A stretch of DNA of 32,000 nucleotides from Ferroglobus placidus DSM 10642 (GCF_000025505.1 NC_013849.1:1080001-1112000), one strand, 5' to 3'. Shown: positions 1 to 7,797, counted from the stretch's first letter. Notes: a model not told the origin generated them from the sequence alone. Translations and numbers: made by a program.

Positions 1-116
1 TTGTAACTCCCCGGATCAATTATTATCGTGGAATCTCCTTTGATAATGTAGGCATTGGAGCAGTCGCTGAAAGCAGAACCCCACACGTAAGCGTAAACAC
101 CTTTGAATATCTCCAT
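1..116 (-). CDS. Partial CDS (N-terminus only; the gene runs off the left edge); possible MBL-fold metallo-hydrolase
   Basis: Minus-strand ATG at 116-114 opens a stop-free frame to position 1: MEIFKGVYAYVWGSAFSDCSNAYIIKGDSTIIIDPGSY... The G-x-Y ... N-x-Y-I-I ... I-I-D-P-G pattern resembles the first beta-strands of metallo-beta-lactamase-fold hydrolases. It is too short to appear in the ORF track. It is preferred over the overlapping 16..288 minus ORF. Confidence 0.35.
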   Translation of the reverse strand, partial: MEIFKGVYAYVWGSAFSDCSNAYIIKGDSTIIIDPGSY

Positions 117-166
117 CGTAAGAAGCAGAGTTGAAGAGAATAAAACGTTTACCCCAAAAAAGAAAG

Positions 167-175
167 TTATTTTTA
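167..175 (+). promoter_or_regulatory. Candidate archaeal TATA box for the ArsR-family gene (leaderless geometry)
   Basis: TTATTTTTA is centred about 29 nt upstream of ATG 200. No Shine-Dalgarno motif lies between it and the ATG. Confidence 0.3.
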
Positions 176-199
176 CCTAACGTAAGTAAGAGTACTTGA

Positions 200-586
200 A
201 TGTACGAGACTCTAAACGTTTCGATATTCAAAGTCCTGAGCGATCCAACGAGGGTCAGAATTCTACTCGCTTTAATGGAGAGAAGCATGTCCGTACTTGA
301 ATTGGCAGATCTACTGAATTTAGATCAGCCCCTCGTTTCTTACCATCTCAAGCACCTGAAAAAGTACGGAATCGTAGACGTTAAAAGAGTGGATAAGTAC
401 CACATATACTCCGTAAATTCCGAGAAGAAGAGAGTAATAAACCTGCTGCTAAAAACCTGCAAAGAGGGAGATGTTGTCGAGGACATACTTTCCGAACTTA
501 GAAATGAGCTGTCAAAATACGTGGGAGACAGGATGGCAAACACGCTTATTGAAAACTTCAAAAAGAGACTGCAGGAAAAACTATGA
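200..586 (+). CDS. ArsR/SmtB-family winged-helix transcriptional regulator
   Basis: LSDPTRVRILLALMERSMSVLELADLLNLDQPLVSYHLKHLKKYGIVDVKRVDKYHIYSVN matches the ArsR HTH signature (DPTR-x-RIL ... VS-x-HL-x-L). The alpha3 ELCVCD-type metal-binding cysteines are absent (RSMSVLEL). Confidence 0.85.
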   Translation: MYETLNVSIFKVLSDPTRVRILLALMERSMSVLELADLLNLDQPLVSYHLKHLKKYGIVDVKRVDKYHIYSVNSEKKRVINLLLKTCKEGDVVEDILSELRNELSKYVGDRMANTLIENFKKRLQEKL

Positions 587-1419
587 AATTAATACTGCTT
601 TTTGGTGCACTTATTTTTCTTTTAGCGTCTTTTTTGTTAACGAATTCGGACATTTATTTTGAGGGAGGTACGATCAAAAATCAAATCGGTGAACATTACG
701 GATTAAACGAGATATACGTTCACTACTACTCAGGTTTTTTTAACTTCCTAATTTGTACAACCTCAGCGCTCATAATCGTTATTGCCGAAAGGAGAGCAGA
801 AATAGGAGGTTGGAATTACGTCGCTTCTGGAATATTTTTTAATGGTCTCGTCGGATTTGGCGAGGTTGCAGAGCACTTCTTTAAACCCTTTTTGCACGAC
901 TTCTTCCACTACTTCCACATTTATTCCGGATTTTTTAGCCTACTTCTTCTATACTTGGGAGTAAAACTAATTCTCTCCTCGATAGTTGGAAACAACATTT
1001 CCGAAAGAAAATCGATTATCGCCGCAAGCCTAATACTCCTACTCTTTTTATCTCTCCTAACCTCAGTAAAAACAACCGAAAAGTGGGATCCTCGATTTGA
1101 AATTCCTGTGATGTCAATTCTTTTGATTCCCACAATTCTCCTGACGATCCTTTTAGTTTACGACGCCTACAAAATTTTTCAGGAATCCGGCTTTGTAATG
1201 GTAACTCTAACGTCTTTTGCAGTGTTCGCCATGCTTTTACAGCTCGTAATAATTCTCGGGAGAATTTCGGATATAATGGGAAACGCTTACTTTTACACGA
1301 TAACGCACTCGATACAAGATCTCCTCCACGTAGCCTCTGCAACAAATGCCCTCATATTTGCCGTAACTTTAAACATGACATTTAAAAAGATAAAAAGCGT
1401 CGAAGAGATTATACTTTAA
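583..1419 (+). CDS. Polytopic membrane protein (about 8 TM) with a His-rich helix; function unknown
   Basis: ATGA overlap with the ArsR stop (583-586). There are eight hydrophobic segments. A His cluster reads FGEVAEHFFKPFLHDFFHYFHIY. I recognise no family. Confidence 0.7.
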   Translation: MKLILLFGALIFLLASFLLTNSDIYFEGGTIKNQIGEHYGLNEIYVHYYSGFFNFLICTTSALIIVIAERRAEIGGWNYVASGIFFNGLVGFGEVAEHFFKPFLHDFFHYFHIYSGFFSLLLLYLGVKLILSSIVGNNISERKSIIAASLILLLFLSLLTSVKTTEKWDPRFEIPVMSILLIPTILLTILLVYDAYKIFQESGFVMVTLTSFAVFAMLLQLVIILGRISDIMGNAYFYTITHSIQDLLHVASATNALIFAVTLNMTFKKIKSVEEIIL

Positions 1420-2077
1420 CTTCTTCGAGTAGCTTTTCCAAATTTTCTGCGTCCAACTCCACAAATCTCTTCGTCAGCCTTGCAACTCCGACATAGAAAG
1501 GCTCTTTCGATTCAGCTTCAACAACTTGACAGAATTTTGGTACCCACTGCAATATGTGTTCTCGCAAAAATCTCATCTCCAGTTCCAAAAATTCTCTCGC
1601 TTTTTCAGAATCTTTTCCCCACGCTTCCATTTCCTTGTAGCAAAGGAGTGACATGAACTTCAACTCCACTCCTATGTAATCCTGCGGACCCTCCTCTTCC
1701 TCAATTATTCCAAATCCGGCTTCGCTGTAAAATTTCATAACCGCCAACGTCGTCTCTCCCATAACCCTTTCTTCTCCTCTGTAAACGGATTCGTAAGGCG
1801 GAGGGGGACTGTAACCTTTTTTAATACCCCTGAAGAGCCTCGTAAATTCTACTGCCAGCCTTTCAGATAGATCATCGAGGTCGTCATCAAGGCTACTCTT
1901 AATTAACTCGATCGCATCGGAAAACTCTTCTACATTCTCAGGAAGCTTTTGCTTTAATTCTTTAAGAAACTTCTTATCAGGTTTTTTCAAGTAAAAATCG
2001 CTCAGCAACCAGTAAACCTTACTCCTCATTTCCGCAAGGCTCTTAAGAAAATTCGAGTCCATAAGGTACCGCCCCAA
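1409..2077 (-). CDS. TorD/DmsD/NarJ-family molybdoenzyme maturation chaperone
   Basis: The protein is 222 aa. It has the family-typical E-F-T-R-L-F-R-G motif, an acidic helical composition, and the last position in a molybdopterin oxidoreductase operon. Confidence 0.75.
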   Translation of the reverse strand: MGRYLMDSNFLKSLAEMRSKVYWLLSDFYLKKPDKKFLKELKQKLPENVEEFSDAIELIKSSLDDDLDDLSERLAVEFTRLFRGIKKGYSPPPPYESVYRGEERVMGETTLAVMKFYSEAGFGIIEEEEGPQDYIGVELKFMSLLCYKEMEAWGKDSEKAREFLELEMRFLREHILQWVPKFCQVVEAESKEPFYVGVARLTKRFVELDAENLEKLLEEVKV

Positions 2078-2090
2078 AAATAAAAAAGAG

Positions 2091-2522
2091 TTATTCTGAA
2101 GCTTGCCCGTACCAAGGCGTCGCTATTCCTCCTTCTTTGTGGCAGCCAAGGCAAACTCCTCTGTCAACGACTCCTGGCGCCCCTTCTGGTTTCTTGTACT
2201 TCCTCTCGTAGAGGACGTCTTTGGCGTAATCCGGAATGTGGCAAGCCGTGCAATCTAAGCCAAGAACTTTAGCGTGTATTTTGTGGAATCTCCCCTCCAA
2301 AGTCATGTCGTAGTTGTTGCCAACGTCGATCTCTCCGCTTCTTATTTTTTCAGCTATCTCCTTCAAGCTTGCATATCTTGTCATTTGTTCCGTAGGTGTT
2401 GCTTCGGATGTCGGCGTTTTTTCTGGAGTGGGCGTTTGCTTGACCTCTTTCCCAGTTTGAGCGCATCCGGCAATTACCAATGCGATTGCTAAAAGCATTA
2501 ACGCCAGCAGCTTCATTCTCAT
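2091..2522 (-). CDS. Lipoprotein dihaem c-type cytochrome
   Basis: The signal peptide with lipobox is MRMKLLALMLLAIALVIAG-C20. A Thr/Pro/Glu-rich linker follows (TPTPEKTPTSEATPTEQ). There are two CxxCH motifs (CTACH, CLGCH). Its start overlaps the upstream stop (TGATG). Confidence 0.8.
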   Translation of the reverse strand: MRMKLLALMLLAIALVIAGCAQTGKEVKQTPTPEKTPTSEATPTEQMTRYASLKEIAEKIRSGEIDVGNNYDMTLEGRFHKIHAKVLGLDCTACHIPDYAKDVLYERKYKKPEGAPGVVDRGVCLGCHKEGGIATPWYGQASE

Positions 2523-3208
2523 CAGTAATCACCTCCCTCCAAGACGTAGTAGACTTGAGGTCTCGTTCCGTACTCTTTCTTGAGTTGCGTCGCTTTCTTC
2601 TTCGCTATTATCTTCGAAACCTCGCTGTTCGGATCGTTTATATCTCCAAAGTGCCTCGCTCTAACTGGGCAGACAACGTCGCATGCTGGAGTGTACTCGG
2701 GATCTTTGCCGATTAAGTGAGTTTTTCCCTCTTCAATGGCTTTTTCTATACGGTGCCAGCAGAACGTGCATTTTTCCACTGTATTTTCCTTCTTCCTGTG
2801 AGTCCAGTGCCTGTTCTCGTAGGGAATGTTCTCGTAAGGTGTTTTACCTCTGCCGGGGAAGAGATTCTTAATTTCCTTTATGTACTGGGGAGCTCCGTAA
2901 GGACAGACAGCTATGCAATACTTGCAGCCTATGCACTTTTCGTAGTCGATTAAAACTACACCGTATTCATTTTTCGTTATCGCTCCTACTCCAATAGCAT
3001 CGCAGGCTCTCTTACATGGCGGATCTTCGCAGTGCATGCAGTTCATCGGAACGAATACTCTCCTGACGTTGGGGAACTTACCGACTTCATATTCTATGAC
3101 GAAGTTCCAAGGGTTTCCGGGAACGTAGAAGTTTTCGTTCATGCAAGCTGCGACACAAGCTCTGCAACCAATACACTTTGTCGTGTCGATAACTCTCACG
3201 AGCTTCAT
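2522..3208 (-). CDS. Molybdopterin oxidoreductase 4Fe-4S (four-cluster, DmsB/PsrB/ArrB-type) electron-transfer subunit
   Basis: Four cysteine groups are present: CIGCRACVAAC, CMHCEDPPCKRAC, CIGCKYCIAVCP and CTFCWHR...CDVVCP. The protein is 228 aa with no signal peptide of its own. A GGTGGT SD lies 3 nt upstream of the ATG. Confidence 0.9.
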   Translation of the reverse strand: MKLVRVIDTTKCIGCRACVAACMNENFYVPGNPWNFVIEYEVGKFPNVRRVFVPMNCMHCEDPPCKRACDAIGVGAITKNEYGVVLIDYEKCIGCKYCIAVCPYGAPQYIKEIKNLFPGRGKTPYENIPYENRHWTHRKKENTVEKCTFCWHRIEKAIEEGKTHLIGKDPEYTPACDVVCPVRARHFGDINDPNSEVSKIIAKKKATQLKKEYGTRPQVYYVLEGGDY

Positions 3209-3217
3209 ACTACCACC

Positions 3218-5698
3218 TCACGCCTTGTAAATCCTAACCTTGGTGTCGTTGAAGCTGTTCATCCCCGAAACCATGTCAGGATGGTATTCCAGTATCTTGT
3301 TCACCCAGCTTCCCTTCCTTGCCCATTCCGGATATCCCGGACTCCAGTGACCGTAGTGGTAGGAGATAGCTACAGTGTCGGGACGAATCGCTTCGGTTAC
3401 TCTCGCTATCGCCACGAGTTTCCCGACTCTCGATTCAACCACAACTTTGTCCCCGTCGTCAATTTTCAGCTTTCTTGCAGTTTCTGGGTGAATCCAGACG
3501 TCGTTGTAATCGGAGTCGTGAGATACCTGATTCAAAATCGGATTTACGTTGCAGTAGCCGCTCTGATTTCTGTACATTCTCTTGAACGTTATCAGGTAGA
3601 GCGGGTAGTCTTTCGCTTTCTTATGCGGAGTTGGATAAGCGTGCTCTTTCCTTGGAATAGGTGAAAGCCTTATCTTCACTTCCTCCTCGACATTTTCCGT
3701 TTCGTACCACTCCTCGAAAACCTTCCTTATGTTCTCGTGTTTGTTCATCAACTCGATTACTTTTTCAGCGGAGTGAATCAGCTCCTCGCAGTATAAGTGC
3801 ATCTTCGGTTTGTTAGGACCTTTGAACTTCTCCTCAGCTCCGTGCAAGTACCTCTCTTCCACGCTAACGAACTTTCCGTAGAACCCGTCTCTCATTCCTT
3901 GCTCTATCGGCTGTCCGGTTTTGTTCCTCCAGAGGATGTCGAAAGCGGCTTTTGCGTCATAGTCTTTACCCTTTTCGAACTTCGGATTCTTGAACTTGAA
4001 CTTCTCGTTGATCTTTTCCAAGAACTCGTCGTAGAAGCCAGCTCTTTTCGCAAGTTCAAACATTATCTCAAGGTTCTGGTAGGGTATGTTGAACACGTTG
4101 ACTATCGGATAGTGTAAAGTGTGGTGTCTTGCATGCGGCGTCCATCTTCCGCCGTAGTAGCCGAAAGCTTCGAGGTAGGTTTTGTCTGGAAAGACTACGT
4201 CAGCGTACCAAGCAGTTTCTGTCATCGTTATATCAATCACGACGTTGAAAGTTTTTGCAAGAGCTTCGAACTGCTTTTCCGCATTTGATGTCGAGAAAGG
4301 TCTGTTGGTTGCGAAGAATATCTGCATTTCCGGCTTGTAATCGAAACCGTACTTTTCCGGATCGAGCATGCTGAACATGGCTTGCTGCGCAACATCATGA
4401 GTTGCGTGTGGCAAGAAGACGCTCTTCTTTAAGTCTATCCTGCTCGGCGGGTATTCGCATTTCGAAGGCTTCATGTACTTTTCGCTTCCCGGCTTGTGAA
4501 GCAGGAAGCCACCAACTGCATCTATAGCTCCCACGAGTTGCATTACAATTAAGGCTGCTCTCCAGTTCTGAGTACCATGCTCTTTTGCAGAAAGTCCTCT
4601 GAATGTATAGATTGCCACAGGTCTATATCTCAACTCTTTTCCGTCTATGACAATTGTAGAGCCAATTCTTGCGTTTTCTCCAAACTCTTTAGCAATTCTC
4701 CTTATCTGCTCAGCAGGAACTCCGCACTCTTCAGCGACGCTTTCTGGTGTTATGTCTTTAACGTAGTCCGCAAATACCTGAAATGCCGTTCTGTACTTCT
4801 TTCCATCTATCTCGTATTCTCCTTCGAGAGCCGGGACAACTCCCTCAACGTAGGGCTTTGCTGAGTTGGTTACCGTGTCCCAAACGAGAGGATTGCCGTT
4901 TTCGTCCCTCAAGAACTTGCCGTCTTCACCTACAAGAAATGGAGCGTTCGTGTAGTTTACCAGGAAATCTCTGTCGACGTACCCCTCGCTTATCAGCACG
5001 TTAGCCATCGCAAGCAGAAAGAGAACGTCTTTTCCGGGTCTGATTGGAACCCACTCGTCAGCTTTAGCTGCCAGATTGCTGAGCCTCGGCTCAACAACCA
5101 CGAGCTTCATTCCCCTCTCCTTCGCTTCAATGGTCGCATGGTCAAGCCATCTCGCCCATTGATCAGCTTCGAAGTAGTTTCCACCCATGTTTATCAGGTA
5201 GTTGCAGTATTCCAAGTCTGGCAATGCCCCGTGACCTCCCCATGTTATCTCATCAGCAACGTGCCTTGAAGCCTCACATGTTGTGGTTCTGTGAATCATG
5301 TTCGGCGTGCCGAAAGCTGCAGTAAATGCTTTCATCCACTCGTCGTCAAGCAGATACTTTCCGTGTCCGTGGTGCCATACGAGCTTCCTCGGGTCGCTTT
5401 CCCTTATCTGCTTGAGCTTTTCAGCTACTATGTTAAAAGCCTCTTCCCAGCTTATCTCCACCCAGCCCGGATCCTCGTTCGGTCCTTTCTTAGGATTCGT
5501 TCTCTTCAGAGGTCTCTTAAGCCTGTAAGGGTTGTAGGTGTTCCACATTCCAGATACTCCCTTCGGACAGTTGCCCCAGTTGAAGTATGGTGCTCTCTTC
5601 TCATCCGGATATATCGCCCTAATAACTCCGTTCTGCACCTTCACTTTAATTCCGCAGAAGTTCACGCACATCTTGCAGGTCGATTTGTAGTACTTCAC
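3218..5698 (-). CDS. Molybdopterin (bis-MGD) oxidoreductase catalytic subunit, Psr/Phs/Ttr/Arr-like clade (mature part as called; see the Tat leader feature)
   Basis: The N-terminal FS0 motif is C-x2-C-x3-C-x28-C (CKMCVNFC...NCPKG). A candidate Mo-ligand Cys sits in FGTPNMIHRTTTCEASRH. The C-terminal MGD-binding beta-barrel reads VWIHPETARKLKIDDGDKVVVESRVGKL. The ORF is 826 aa and is called from GTG 5698. Confidence 0.93.
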   Translation of the reverse strand: MKYYKSTCKMCVNFCGIKVKVQNGVIRAIYPDEKRAPYFNWGNCPKGVSGMWNTYNPYRLKRPLKRTNPKKGPNEDPGWVEISWEEAFNIVAEKLKQIRESDPRKLVWHHGHGKYLLDDEWMKAFTAAFGTPNMIHRTTTCEASRHVADEITWGGHGALPDLEYCNYLINMGGNYFEADQWARWLDHATIEAKERGMKLVVVEPRLSNLAAKADEWVPIRPGKDVLFLLAMANVLISEGYVDRDFLVNYTNAPFLVGEDGKFLRDENGNPLVWDTVTNSAKPYVEGVVPALEGEYEIDGKKYRTAFQVFADYVKDITPESVAEECGVPAEQIRRIAKEFGENARIGSTIVIDGKELRYRPVAIYTFRGLSAKEHGTQNWRAALIVMQLVGAIDAVGGFLLHKPGSEKYMKPSKCEYPPSRIDLKKSVFLPHATHDVAQQAMFSMLDPEKYGFDYKPEMQIFFATNRPFSTSNAEKQFEALAKTFNVVIDITMTETAWYADVVFPDKTYLEAFGYYGGRWTPHARHHTLHYPIVNVFNIPYQNLEIMFELAKRAGFYDEFLEKINEKFKFKNPKFEKGKDYDAKAAFDILWRNKTGQPIEQGMRDGFYGKFVSVEERYLHGAEEKFKGPNKPKMHLYCEELIHSAEKVIELMNKHENIRKVFEEWYETENVEEEVKIRLSPIPRKEHAYPTPHKKAKDYPLYLITFKRMYRNQSGYCNVNPILNQVSHDSDYNDVWIHPETARKLKIDDGDKVVVESRVGKLVAIARVTEAIRPDTVAISYHYGHWSPGYPEWARKGSWVNKILEYHPDMVSGMNSFNDTKVRIYKA

Positions 5699-5820
5699 TT
5701 CTCCCTCGTTGAAAGGCTTGGAGCTCTCGACAGCTTTTGCGATCTTCGAGATGTCGGTGAAAACGCCAAAGCGGATAGCGCTCCTATTCCCCTTAAAAAT
5801 TCTCTTCTCGTTACTCCCAC
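5695..5820 (-). other. Twin-arginine (Tat) signal-peptide coding segment, shifted by one frame relative to the catalytic-subunit ORF
   Basis: GTG 5820 gives VGVTRREFLRGIGALSALAFSPTS...REK*, which contains the TRREFLRG Tat consensus and an h-region. The stop TGA 5697-5695 overlaps GTG 5698 of the 826-aa ORF. The 826-aa frame stays open upstream to 5821. Confidence 0.75.
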
Positions 5821-5825
5821 ATTAA

Positions 5826-5832
5826 CCCCTCC
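5826..5832 (-). promoter_or_regulatory. Shine-Dalgarno site for the Tat-leader start codon
   Basis: Minus-strand GGAGGGG lies 5 nt upstream of GTG 5820. Confidence 0.55.
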
Positions 5833-6097
5833 GAAGTCGTATCAATGAACTTTTATACGAGAAACCAGTTATAAAGTTTACGAAAATTAAAAGCGTTCTT
5901 ACTCTTCTAATTTACTGCATTCATCTTCCCTTTTGAAATTATTAATTCTGATATTTCGAGACAAAACTTCCGAAAATCTCCAGTCTACTTCTTCCTGTTG
6001 GCTCAGCTTCTGCACATTTAAGGAAAAATTTCAAAGCTACATGATAGTTTTTTAATCAACCGCAAGAGTTAAGTGTTTTATTTGAGCTAAGTAAGCT

Positions 6098-7258
6098 GTG
6101 AAGTACGCAGCTTCAAAAGCCGTTAGCGCTGCAGTATTTCTTCTTTTAGTCGGAGTTGTATTGATAATTCCCGAGTTCGTCTTAGCCGCATTAGTTCCAC
6201 TCACCCCCCTCTTAGTTCCGCCGGTTGCCAGAATAAAAGTGGATAAAGTTGAGTTCGAAAAACCGGAGTACATTGGAGAAGAGTTTAGAGTGTCAATTCC
6301 TCTAAAATTTTACGGAATCGGAATTGCAAAGATCTACCACGAGATTGAGGAAGGAATAGAAATAATTGATGGTAAAAATTATTCCACAGCCTTCATCTTC
6401 GGATTTGGAAAAAGCACTATCAGGTACAGAGGGAGAGTTAGAAGGATCGGAAAGCACGACTTATCGAAGCTGAAGGTTGTGGTAGAAAATCTTTCCCTCT
6501 CTTCTGAGAGAATGTACGAAATCGATCTCGATCTTGAGATCGAAGCGAAGAGCAGAATTTTCGGTAGGAGGTTGAAAGAACTTAGAGCTAAGGCGAAGAG
6601 CGTAATGGTGGACATCGACAGAGCGAAGATAGGCGTTCCGGGAACGGATTTTAAAGAGATTAGAGAGTACAACTTCTCCGACCCTCTAAAATTCATAAAC
6701 TGGAAAGCTTCAGCAAGACTCGGAAAGCTCATGGTTAACGAGTTCGAAAAGGAGGGGAAGAAAGCGGTGTGGATAGTGCTTGACGCAAACGACTACATGG
6801 AAGGATTCTTCGACAAAGCTTTGGAAGTGTGCTCCTTCCTCGTAAGTTACTACGCAACGAGGGGAAACAAAGTCGGACTTTACGCCCTCGGAAAAGGCAA
6901 CTTAATTTATCCGGACTTCGGGAAAAAGCAGGTGAAGAAGATATTCGATTACATAACAAGCTTGGAAGCCGATGGAAGCGAAAGTTTGGAGGAATCTTAC
7001 GAAAAGATGAAAAAAATGCTTTACATCTACGAACCTCTGATATACATAATTACGAGAGCGGAAAAGGCGAATTTGAAAAAATTCATCCGAAAGGTTTCGA
7101 AGTTTAAAGTCGTGGTGATTTCGATAAAGAGAGATGGCGAAAGCTTAGGAGAGCTCGCTCTAATGCTCGCAAGAAGAAGGGCTCTTAAAGGCATAGAACA
7201 CAGGCTTGAGATTGACGTCGAAGATAGGGTCGAAAAGCTCGCAAAGGTGGTAGCGTGA
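6098..7258 (+). CDS. DUF58 (vWA-like) family protein, membrane-anchored
   Basis: There is an N-terminal hydrophobic hairpin. The DUF58 signature region reads FKEIREYNFSDPLKFINWKASARLGKLMVNEFEKEGKKAVWIVLDAN. The gene starts at GTG, and the frame is closed by TAA immediately upstream. Confidence 0.85.
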   Translation: MKYAASKAVSAAVFLLLVGVVLIIPEFVLAALVPLTPLLVPPVARIKVDKVEFEKPEYIGEEFRVSIPLKFYGIGIAKIYHEIEEGIEIIDGKNYSTAFIFGFGKSTIRYRGRVRRIGKHDLSKLKVVVENLSLSSERMYEIDLDLEIEAKSRIFGRRLKELRAKAKSVMVDIDRAKIGVPGTDFKEIREYNFSDPLKFINWKASARLGKLMVNEFEKEGKKAVWIVLDANDYMEGFFDKALEVCSFLVSYYATRGNKVGLYALGKGNLIYPDFGKKQVKKIFDYITSLEADGSESLEESYEKMKKMLYIYEPLIYIITRAEKANLKKFIRKVSKFKVVVISIKRDGESLGELALMLARRRALKGIEHRLEIDVEDRVEKLAKVVA

Positions 7259-7797
7259 TAAACCTGCTGTTTGCCGAACTATCTGTCGTAGTCACTTATT
7301 TCTCCCTAAAGCAGTCGGAGATTTCCATGATAGTCGATCCCGATTACTTCCTTCTCCTCCTTTTAATTCCCCTGCTACTGTTCTCAGCTAAGAGAAACCC
7401 CTACCCCTTCGGATTTTTCGTTCTCCTTTCCATTCTTACAGTATTTCACTACCTCCCGAACTCGGAGCTTTTCCATTCTTCTCTCGACCTCGCATACTTC
7501 TTAACCGGAAGTGAGAACGCGAAAATTTTGGAAAAGATCGTATCGTCAAGAGGTGTCGATCCTATCTACTTAATGCTGATCTCAGCTTTCTACGTCTCCT
7601 CAGAAGTTTACGAGTCCGCTTCGAGGAAAAAGAAGACTTACGAAAACTTTCCGGAGTTGCAGGCTTCGCTGCTTTCACTCTTCCTCTCGCTGCTTCCAGT
7701 TTTATTCTACAAGCTCATTCCAACCTATCCCGAGGCTTTTTACGTAGGAATAGCTGGGGTCATCTTAATTCTTATTTACTCGGTGGTGAGAAGATGA
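7255..7797 (+). CDS. Polytopic membrane protein of the MoxR/DUF58/transglutaminase module; function unknown
   Basis: GTGA overlap with the DUF58 stop, with an AGGTGGT SD upstream. The protein is 180 aa with several hydrophobic helices. Confidence 0.65.
   Translation: MINLLFAELSVVVTYFSLKQSEISMIVDPDYFLLLLLIPLLLFSAKRNPYPFGFFVLLSILTVFHYLPNSELFHSSLDLAYFLTGSENAKILEKIVSSRGVDPIYLMLISAFYVSSEVYESASRKKKTYENFPELQASLLSLFLSLLPVLFYKLIPTYPEAFYVGIAGVILILIYSVVRR

Noticed and set aside
16-288. A 90-aa minus-strand ORF overlapping the ArsR start and the left edge of the window.
   Set aside because: It overlaps the well-supported ArsR gene and has no motifs. A different minus-strand frame (116..1) gives a more protein-like, MBL-like N-terminus.
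3032-3664. A 210-aa plus-strand ORF, and similar long ORFs at 3797-4117, 4577-5004 and 5291-5848, lying opposite the molybdoenzyme genes.
   Set aside because: They are antisense shadows of strongly supported minus-strand genes. They have no recognisable motifs and an odd composition (Val/Ser/Arg/Phe-rich). ORF 5291-5848 would also run through the minus-strand Tat leader and SD.
3218-5698. Possible selenocysteine (TGA recoding) in the molybdoenzyme, as occurs in formate dehydrogenases.
   Set aside because: The ORF has no in-frame TGA. A Cys occupies the candidate Mo-ligand position (TTTCEAS).
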